Below, piece after piece: positions 9,317 through 17,775 of a stretch of 64,000 bases of DNA. Made by a program: the position numbers and the translations under genes. Below the pieces are notes generated by a model. The model had not been told where the DNA came from. It searched no databases and saw only the letters and a program-made list of their open reading frames with translations. Every line of letters starts with the position of its first letter. The first letter of the stretch is position 1. The stretch lies in assembly GCA_037308085.1 (NCBI GenBank), contig CP147779.1:2208001-2272000 (forward strand), in the 5' to 3' direction. This DNA is from Promethearchaeati archaeon SRVP18_Atabeyarchaeia-1 (GTDB lineage Archaea; Asgardarchaeota; Atabeyarchaeia; Atabeyarchaeales; Atabeyarchaeaceae).

Positions 9317-10729
9317 ATGATATTGGGCCGCTCAACTGTGTCTTCTAGCAAGCACAATGCTAATGATGCTTCCAAGTTCAGCTATCGCGGGGAAGCACTG
9401 AGAGTCCTAGACTCAGCCAGTGCCGCCGAGGGTGACCTAGTCAGATTAACCACCAAGGAAGGCTCGATCTTCGAGGGTGTGCTAATGCCTCGGCAGGGAA
9501 TCTCAAGCGAGGAGAGTCACATCGTCATCAAACTAAAGAGCGGTTACAACGCAGGGGTCAGCGTCATGGAAGGGGTCAGCCTCGTCGTCTTGAAGAAGGG
9601 CTCCGGTGAGGGAGCAGGAGACGAGCGAGTAGCCACCTTGGGAGCGCCTATGCGAGTAGTCAGGGGTTTGCCTACTGTAAGCCTCTTGAGCACGGGCGGA
9701 ACGATTGCGAGCAAGGTGGATTACAGGAGCGGGGCGGTCAGCCCAGCGCTATCTGCCCAAGATCTCTACGATGTTGTCCCTGAGCTCGGCGATGTGACCA
9801 ACGTTCGCGCGGAGATTCTCTGCAATATTCTCAGTGAGAACATGACCTCTGAGAAATGGTCTATGATTGCCGACGCGATCGGTAAGCGGATCATCGAAGG
9901 CGGTCTGGATGGAGTCATAGTGGCTCATGGAACTGACACGATGCACTACACTGCAGCAGCCCTCAGCTTTGCATTACGCGGACTGCCCATTCCTGTAGTT
10001 TTGGTCGGCTCACAAAGGTCCTCGGACCGACCATCATCTGACGCCGCGATGAATCTCCTGAATTCCGCGGTGGTGGCAGGCGGCGGACCTTTTGCGGAAG
10101 TCGTCATTTGCATGCACGGGGAGATGGGCGATACATATAGCCTATGTCATCGCGGAACGAAAGTCAGGAAGATGCATACGAGCAGACGTGACGCGTTCAG
10201 GTCAGTGGGTATCAATCCGCTCGCTAAGGTGCAGGAACGGAAAGTCCAGATGCTCGTTAAGGAGTTCGTTCCACGCGATCCCAAGAGAGAGCTGGCTGTT
10301 GAAGCAAGGTTTGACGAGAAAGTCGGTCTCGTTAAGACGTTTCCGGGTATCTCAGCCGATCTAATCGACTTTTTTGTTGACAAGGGTTACCATGGTTTGA
10401 TCTTGGAGGGCACTGGTCTGGGGCACGTTCCCGAAACCGTGTACGCACCCATGAAACGTGCGATCGAGGAAGGCATCACCGTTGTAATGACCAGTCAATG
10501 CATCTCCGGTAGGATAAACATGAATGTCTACAGTACAGGGCGAGAACTCTTGGCCATGGGAGTGGTTCCCGGTGAAGACATGCTACCCGAGACTGCTCTT
10601 GTCAAGTTGATGTGGCTTCTGGGGAGAGGCGAACCCCCTGAAAAGATACGCGAGTTGATTGGAACCAATATTTCCGGCGAGATCAACCGTGTTTTGTCAA
10701 CGAAAAGTTCAACCCCCGAAATTATATAG
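9317..10729 (+). CDS. gatD: Glu-tRNA(Gln) amidotransferase subunit D
   Basis: KLKSGYNAG, STGGTIASKVDY, HGTDTMHY, GSQRSSDRPSSDA, KVRKMHTSRRDAF. Confidence 0.96.
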   Translation: MILGRSTVSSSKHNANDASKFSYRGEALRVLDSASAAEGDLVRLTTKEGSIFEGVLMPRQGISSEESHIVIKLKSGYNAGVSVMEGVSLVVLKKGSGEGAGDERVATLGAPMRVVRGLPTVSLLSTGGTIASKVDYRSGAVSPALSAQDLYDVVPELGDVTNVRAEILCNILSENMTSEKWSMIADAIGKRIIEGGLDGVIVAHGTDTMHYTAAALSFALRGLPIPVVLVGSQRSSDRPSSDAAMNLLNSAVVAGGGPFAEVVICMHGEMGDTYSLCHRGTKVRKMHTSRRDAFRSVGINPLAKVQERKVQMLVKEFVPRDPKRELAVEARFDEKVGLVKTFPGISADLIDFFVDKGYHGLILEGTGLGHVPETVYAPMKRAIEEGITVVMTSQCISGRINMNVYSTGRELLAMGVVPGEDMLPETALVKLMWLLGRGEPPEKIRELIGTNISGEINRVLSTKSSTPEII

Positions 10730-10811
10730 TATTGAGAACCATTACCGAGAACAGGGAGAACGTAGAGATACGCCCAGCCTCATGAGACTTTGATTTGAGG
10801 AGCTGATCCAG

Positions 10812-12760
10812 ATGGCTATTGATCACATGAAAACAGGAACAACCGTTGGCCTTGAGCTGCATCAGCAGCTTAACACCAGAGAGAAGCTTTTCTGCAGCTG
10901 TCCAACGGTTATCCGAGAAGATGAGCCTGACGTCAAGTTTAGGCGGCGGCTTCGCCCGACGCAGAGCGAACTTGGTCAGGTTGATGAAGCCGCGCTTTTC
11001 GAGTTCCATAAGGGCAAGGTCTTCGTTTACGAGATGTACAGTGAGGGGACTTGCTTACTTGAGGCAGACAGCAACTCCCGCTCGCATTATCGCGAGTTGT
11101 TGGCCTAGATGAGGAGCCCCCTCATCCTCTTAACCAGGAAGCGCTCGATGTAGCGCTGCAGATGACCTTGCTTCTGAACTCGACCCCAGTTGACGAGATT
11201 CACGTCATGAGGAAGATCGTCATTGATGGGTCGAACACCACGGGTTTTCAGAGGACAGCATTGATCTCTCTCGGTGGATACATAGAGTTCGACGGTAAGA
11301 GAATTCACATTCAGTCGATCTCACTTGAGGAGGATGCCGCAAGAAAGATCAGTGAGGCACCAGGAGAGGTCGTGTACAGGCTTGACAGGCAGGGCATACC
11401 CCTCGTGGAGATAGCCACCGCCCCTGAGATTCACAGCCCCGAAGAGGCTGAGAACATAGCCTACAGGATCGGCCAGCTTCTCCGCGCCACAGGCAAGGTG
11501 AAGCGCGGCCTTGGAACAATAAGGCAAGACGTCAACGTGTCGGTCAAGGATGGAGCGCTCGTCGAGACCAAGGGCGTCCAAGAGCTTGGACTCCTTAGCA
11601 GAGTAGTCGAACTCGAGGTTCAGCGACAGATCAGCCTCATACAAATCAGGGACGAACTCAAGAAGAGGGGAGCCAGAAAGGAAGACATCAAGGGAGATGC
11701 AACCGATGTCTCACAGGTTCTCAAGGATTCCAAGAGCAAAGTCCTGAGGAAAGCGCTGGATCAGAAGGGAGCCGTCTTAGCAACTGTATTGCCCAAGTTT
11801 GCAGGGCTGGTTGGAAAGGAGATTCAGCCAGGTAGGCGCCTAGGTACAGAGATGTCGGAGAGAGCAATCTTCAGAGGCGGAGTAGGCGGCATATTCCACT
11901 CAGACGAATTGCCAGCATACGGCATCACCGAGGAAGAGTTGCAGAAAGTGAGAGAGAAGCTGCGCTCTGCCAAGGACGATTGCGTCATCCTAGTTGCAGA
12001 CAGACCCGAGAAAGCGAAGGACGCGATTGAGGCTGTAGCTGAAAGAGCCAGAGAGGCGATTCAGCGAGTGCCAGAGGAAACTAGGGGGGCGCGGCCCGAC
12101 GGCACAAGCCAATACAGCAGACCCAGACCTGGGTCTGCAAGAATGTACCCCGAGACAGACATACCTGTGGTCCAAGTGACCCCTGACAGGATCAAGAAGA
12201 TAATGGAGGCTCTACCCGAAAGGCCTGAGAAGAAACTCGAGCGATTCATGAAGCAGTACAAGCTGAGCAAGGAACTTGCGGAGGCGATGGTCAGGTCATA
12301 CAACCTCGACCTCTTCGAGAGCATTGTGAATAAGATCAGAGTCTCACCAGTACTCGCTGCCACAACACTGGAGAATACTTGGAGATACTTAAGAAGAGAG
12401 GGCATACCTGTCGAGAACATAGGCGACGAGAGGGTTGAGGAAGTCTTCAGACAGCTGGGTTCTGGCAAGGTTGCTAAAGAGGCCATCCCCGAAATGCTAG
12501 CATTCCTCGCCAGAAACCAATCCCTGACAGTAGCTGAGGCAACTGAGCAGCTTGACATCAAGGGCGTCTCGCAGGAAGAGCTAGATCGCGTCGTCGACGC
12601 GATAATAAAGAAGAATCTGGCTCTGGTCAGGGAGAAAAGAATGGATGCGCTCAAACCCCTAATGGGAGACGTCATGAAACAACTTCGCGGCAAAGCCGAC
12701 GGAAAGAAAGTAAACGACACCCTCAAAAGGAAACTTGAAGAAGAAATAGGACGTATCTGA
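10812..12760 (+). CDS. gatE: Glu-tRNA(Gln) amidotransferase subunit E, two exons: join(10812..11067,11109..12760), 635 aa
   Basis: Exon 1 has GLELHQQL-KLFC and RRLRPTQSELG; exon 2 has EEPPH, MRKIVIDGSNTTGFQRT, LEEDAAR, RGLGTIRQDVNVS and RPGSARMYPETDIP; removing 41 nt restores CLLEADEEPPH. Confidence 0.95.
11068..11108 (+). other. 41-nt bulge-helix-bulge (BHB) intron in gatE mRNA
   Basis: Central helix AGGC(11062-65)/GCCT(11103-06), bulges AGA(11066-68) and AGA(11107-09), 9-bp intron stem CAGCAACTC/GAGTTGTTG, exon-exon stem CTTG/TGAG and TGAGGGG/CCCCTCA. Confidence 0.88.
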
Positions 12761-12936
12761 GCTACCGACCCATCGAAGGACGCAGGCTTGGTGGACCATG
12801 GGCAAAACGTCTGTTAGGATCCTCGCAAACAAAGCCTTCGAAGACGAGAAACTACTATCGGAATCGCTCGTCGGAATTCTATCCAATAAACAATCAACGA
12901 GGCCAGCGGCAGAGAACTCGACACATCCCGAACCAT

Positions 12937-15811
12937 CTTTCCAAACTGCTAGATCGATCTCAAACCGTTCTAGTAGCCAGGTGCTGTGTGATTGCCTGGA
13001 ATTTCTTTCCAAACTACTAGGTCAATCTCAAACTCATCTATAGCGAGCAGCTTCTCTGCTATCTTAGCCTGCTTTCCAAACTACTAGGTCAATCTCAAAC
13101 GAAGCTGTAGGCCTCATTCTCCCCGTACACTATAGTGCTTTCCAAACTACTAGGTCAATCTCAAACCTGGTATTTAGCCTCCAAGTCCTTAACGATGTGA
13201 ACATCTTTCCAAACTACTAGGTCAATCTCAAACTGGTAGGACAAGGGCCTTCTCTCCCTTAATCTTGCTAGCTTTCCAAACTACTAGGTCAATCTCAAAC
13301 TCTGTAGGCCTATGATTGTCTTCTCAAAGTCACCTGCTTTCCAAACTACTAGGTCAATCTCAAACAGTGGACCACGCCTCATAGATCTCAGGAATAACCC
13401 TCTTTCCAAACTACTAGGTCAATCTCAAACACGCTTATCCGATAAGGTTCTATGAAACAAAAATCTACTTTCCAAACTACTAGGTCAATCTCAAACCGCC
13501 AGTAATCTCGAACGGGACAGGAGTGCTAACCTGGCTTTCCAAACTACTAGGTCAATCTCAAACTCAAGTGGAACTGGGACAACGAAGACAACCACAACCT
13601 ACCTTTCCAAACTACTAGGTCAATCTCAAACGGGAGTTCTCACTTTCATGGGGGAGGGTGGGACTTCACTTTCCAAACTACTAGGTCAATCTCAAACCTG
13701 CACGCCGAGAGTTGCAGTATTCACAGCCTGTACACTTTCCAAACTACTAGGTCAATCTCAAACCTGCCACAGCCCTATGCTGGGGAGGTAGTACTTGGTC
13801 TTTCCAAACTACTAGGTCAATCTCAAACAGGTTTCTCCACATATTGCTCGGCATCGAGGATGTCATCTTTCCAAACTACTAGGTCAATCTCAAACTGTCA
13901 ACGGAGACAGTCGGTGTCCCCGTGACCCAGTCTTTCCAAACTACTAGGTCAATCTCAAACGTTCACAAGATTCAGGCGATAACCCTTTAAGTTGCTGACT
14001 TTCCAAACTACTAGGTCAATCTCAAACTCGCTAGCTCCGCCGTCTCCACCTCCAGTTGAGCGTCTTTCCAAACTACTAGGTCAATCTCAAACCGTTCATG
14101 CTGTGTACGACTGTTCGATTGACAAGTATCTTTCCAAACTACTAGGTCAATCTCAAACTCGCTAGCTCCGCCGTCTCCACCTCCAGTTGAGCGTCTTTCC
14201 AAACTACTAGGTCAATCTCAAACGTTCGATCTCCTTGCAGAACCTTGAGACGTTATCACCTTTCCAAACTACTAGGTCAATCTCAAACTTAGTTGCGTGG
14301 ATCCGTTCCTGCAACCAAAGAGGCTTTCCAAACTACTAGGTCAATCTCAAACAGAAGAAGAATGAATGCCGGGTAGTGTTAGCTCTTGACTTTCCAAACT
14401 ACTAGGTCAATCTCAAACTTTGCAGAGTCCTTGCAGCCGGAATGCTTGGTACTCCTTTCCAAACTACTAGGTCAATCTCAAACTTGTTTCGGGGTTCTCC
14501 GGTATTGGTAACAAGAAGGCCTTTCCAAACTACTAGGTCAATCTCAAACGAGCATCATCTACTATATACCAAAGGTAGTTAAAGAGCTTTCCAAACTACT
14601 AGGTCAATCTCAAACGTACTACACTGGGATCTCGGCGCTGACCGGCATCTCGCCTTTCCAAACTACTAGGTCAATCTCAAACGGGCACGTTCTTTTTGCT
14701 CTGCGTTATGCGGCTACCTTTCCAAACTACTAGGTCAATCTCAAACTTTGTTCAAATGGTAGTGACGCTTTATAGGTTTATTTCCTTTCCAAACTACTAG
14801 GTCAATCTCAAACTTTATGCTGGTCGATTGCATTCCCGCCTTTGATACATCTTTCCAAACTACTAGGTCAATCTCAAACCTGCGAAGGAAGGAAGTATGT
14901 GATTTCAACATCAAGAAACTTTCCAAACTACTAGGTCAATCTCAAACTGTACTCCACACTCACCCTCATATTAATTGTATCCTCCTTTCCAAACTACTAG
15001 GTCAATCTCAAACTAGGATCTTCTCTATTTCCTGGAGCTTCTCAGCGATCTTTCCAAACTACTAGGTCAATCTCAAACGTTGTCTTCCCCCCAAAGCTAA
15101 TCAGCCTCCTTCCTGCTTTCCAAACTACTAGGTCAATCTCAAACTAATAATGCGGGTCGGTAATCTTATGATACCATTCTTCTTTCCAAACTACTAGGTC
15201 AATCTCAAACTCTGTGTCTCTCTTCCATTTGGCAGCGTACTTAGATCTACTTTCCAAACTACTAGGTCAATCTCAAACAGGAACTCGGCTGGCAATTCGA
15301 TACGAAGGTATCCGCTTTCCAAACTACTAGGTCAATCTCAAACCATAGGTACTCGTATCGTAATTGTATAGGTAGACGGTCTTTCCAAACTACTAGGTCA
15401 ATCTCAAACCCATAGCCGCTGACGAAACTTATGTTTCCCGAGTCGAGCTTTCCAAACTACTAGGTCAATCTCAAACGTGGTAGGAGACGATGAAATGAGT
15501 GATTTGCACCTAACGCTTTCCAAACTACTAGGTCAATCTCAAACGAATAGGACGATGAATGCGGCTGCGCCGACCGTGATATACTTTCCAAACTACTAGG
15601 TCAATCTCAAACGAGATGAAGCAAGTCTCAGGAATCTACAGACGGGAATCTTTCCAAACTACTAGGTCAATCTCAAACCCGTATTTCGTGTTTTCTATCA
15701 GTTGTTACTTATCGACTTTCCAAACTACTAGGTCAATCTCAAACGATACGACCATCAGTATCATAGTATTTCCCAATAGCCTCTTTCCAAACTACTAGGT
15801 CAATCTCAAAC
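12937..15811 (-). CRISPR. CRISPR array: 44 repeats / 43 spacers (manual count); repeat GTTTGAGATTGACCTAGTAGTTTGGAAAG (29 nt, minus strand)
   Basis: Exact repeats about every 66 nt; degenerate trailer repeat at 12937-12965; ...GAAAG 3' end; leader on the cas2 side. Confidence 0.98.
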
Positions 15812-15919
15812 CGAGCTTATTATGGCTGGTTTTGCCCAGAGATGTTCGTATAATGGTTTGCTTTGGTGTGCGGTTCAGTCAACCCGTGATAATGTTGTGT
15901 GCTTATAAAGGCTGACTAG
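15812..15919 (-). promoter_or_regulatory. CRISPR leader
   Basis: Non-coding gap between cas2 stop and first repeat, with a TATA-like CTTTATAAG on the minus strand (about 15902-15910). Confidence 0.75.
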
Positions 15920-16183
15920 TCATAGCACGTTTTCTATTGGGTTCTTTTCTATGCCGATAACGTCGAGTTCGAGGTTCTTTTTGCTTGGGAGTTTGTATAC
16001 TAGTACTGAGTCTGCGTTCTCGTCGATTAGTTCTTTGAGTCTTGCTTTTACTTGTTCGAGTTGCGACAGTGATAGGTTTCCTTCAAACACTGAGTTTTGT
16101 CTCCAGTAGAGGTATGTCTTCAGGAACTTGTTCACTTTGTTTAAGCGTTCCACGTTGATGTCGTAGACTATTACTACGTACGT
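15920..16183 (-). CDS. cas2: Cas2 (conserved N-terminus begins at an ACG codon)
   Basis: ACG-YVVIVYDINVER...WRQNSVFEG...DSVLVY; 87 aa. Confidence 0.9.
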   Translation of the reverse strand, partial: TYVVIVYDINVERLNKVNKFLKTYLYWRQNSVFEGNLSLSQLEQVKARLKELIDENADSVLVYKLPSKKNLELDVIGIEKNPIENVL

Positions 16184-16186
16184 TTT

Positions 16187-17158
16187 CTACCACCACATTT
16201 TGAAGCTGTTGTACTTCTTGTCGCCAAGTATGTGTTTTATTAGTTTGTAGCATTCGAGTCGGATCAGGTATTTGTATGAGACTTTTCTGTTGAGGTCTGG
16301 GTGGTTGAGTGTTGTGCTGAGTTTCTCTTGGTATTCTTTGAGGAAGAGTTTCTTTCCCTTGTCTTTGAGTAGCACCCCTATTTCTCTGTCGAAGTCTTCG
16401 TCTGTGAGCATTTTATTGTTTACGAGTGTGAAGATGACTCGCTCCACTATCACTGGCTTGAAGATGTCTGCGAAGTCGAGGGCGAGAGAGAATCTTCGCT
16501 CGGAGGGCTCATGAAGATAGCTTATTGAGGGGTGGAGGTACGTGTTGTATATTTCGGAGAGGGCGGTCGAGTAGAGGAGGGAGTTGCCGAAGGAAATGAG
16601 GGAATTCATTTCACTTGTTGGCGGGCGGATTTCTCTCTCCTTCATCTCGAAGGTGTTGATGATTTCTCCGAAGCTCTGGTAGTAGGCGGCCCATATTCTG
16701 CCTTCGGCGCTCATCACGGTCGGAATGTCGCCGAGTATGGACTCCTTCTCTATTGCTTCGATGAATGGGTCTACGTCTTTTTTCCTCTTCCTATAGTATT
16801 TCAGCGTTTGGAGCACGTTGTGCTTCACTCCTTCTACGATCTCGCGGGCTATGTCTGCTCTTTTGCCAGCGTCTAGGTAGTGTTCTGCTTGTTTGACGAC
16901 TACTAGTCCCGAGTTGAGCTGTATTCTTGGGTAGAGCGAGCCTTCGTAGTAGCCGTATTTGTTGAAGAAGTGCGTGGGAACGCCCATTTTCATCAGTAGT
17001 GAGGAAGCGCCTGAACGTAGGGACACTTTGCCGTAGCAGTAGATCTCGCTTATGTTCTCTATGGGGAGCGCTTTCTTTCCTTCCTTGTTCATGAAGTAGA
17101 GCGTGTTCCCACTTCTGATTAGGATTCCTTCCGAAGTTATGTAGAGTGGTTCTTTCAT
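16187..17158 (-). CDS. cas1: Cas1, type I-B
   Basis: HFFNKYGYYEGS, MNSLISFGNSLLY, SYLHEPSERRFSLALDFADIFKP, C-terminal FKMWW. Confidence 0.97.
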   Translation of the reverse strand: MKEPLYITSEGILIRSGNTLYFMNKEGKKALPIENISEIYCYGKVSLRSGASSLLMKMGVPTHFFNKYGYYEGSLYPRIQLNSGLVVVKQAEHYLDAGKRADIAREIVEGVKHNVLQTLKYYRKRKKDVDPFIEAIEKESILGDIPTVMSAEGRIWAAYYQSFGEIINTFEMKEREIRPPTSEMNSLISFGNSLLYSTALSEIYNTYLHPSISYLHEPSERRFSLALDFADIFKPVIVERVIFTLVNNKMLTDEDFDREIGVLLKDKGKKLFLKEYQEKLSTTLNHPDLNRKVSYKYLIRLECYKLIKHILGDKKYNSFKMWW

Positions 17159-17161
17159 TTC

Positions 17162-17650
17162 TCACACCACGCATAAGGCATAGTAGGAGCACCTTTTGCA
17201 GTAGCGTTTGGTCTCTGCTTTCGGGGGGTTTGGGTTCTGCGCAATCTTGGGGATCTCTTCAAGTATTACCTGTATTTCGTTCTCAATTTGCGGAGTGAGA
17301 GTGAGTTCTTCCCGCTTCTTCTCTCTTGGATAGACTATCTCACCTTTCAGCGGTCTTCCAAGTTTCTTCGTGTACCACAGATAGTAGTAGAGCTGCCACC
17401 TCGCCGGCTCTCTAAGTCGGCTGGACTTCTTGACCTCGAAGATCTTTATGTCGCCTTCTCTTCGGACGAAGTCGAATACTACTTCTCCAAGAGTGATGTT
17501 CTTCCTCTCCCTGGAAAAGCTCTTCTCGTGAATCAACCGCCCTATCGAGATATTCTCGTCATCATAGTTCATGTTAATCTGATGGGCGAAAAACCAGAGT
17601 TCGCGTTTGCAGGCTTGGTAATACTGAACCATCACGCCTGTGATATTCAT
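17162..17650 (-). CDS. cas4: Cas4 nuclease
   Basis: YYQACKRELWFF, GRLIHE, EVKKS, QLYYYL, C-terminal CKRCSYYALC Fe-S cysteines. Confidence 0.95.
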   Translation of the reverse strand: MNITGVMVQYYQACKRELWFFAHQINMNYDDENISIGRLIHEKSFSRERKNITLGEVVFDFVRREGDIKIFEVKKSSRLREPARWQLYYYLWYTKKLGRPLKGEIVYPREKKREELTLTPQIENEIQVILEEIPKIAQNPNPPKAETKRYCKRCSYYALCVV

Positions 17651-17775
17651 GGGTTTAGTTTCAAGAAACTCATTGGAAGACAGACCGGACTTCAGCCACG
17701 TCACCCCGCTAGATGAGCTTTAACCGCATCTCATACCATGGTTTCCTGGAGGCTTAGATGGAAGATGATACTTGG

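Noticed and set aside
11106-11108. gatE TAG as pyrrolysine/readthrough or programmed frameshift
   Set aside because: The downstream part is in another frame and about 13 foreign codons would interrupt a conserved motif; excision of 41 nt at BHB sites fits exactly.
10812-12760. gatE as pseudogene or two separate genes
   Set aside because: Both parts are otherwise intact and the only lesion is a perfectly structured BHB insert.
12840-12905. Further degenerate repeats beyond 12937 (AAACTACTA, CTATCCAA)
   Set aside because: Too short and off-period to support.
12659-15798. Short ORFs within the CRISPR array (FEIDLVVWK / FQTTRSISN repeats)
   Set aside because: Translations of the CRISPR repeat.
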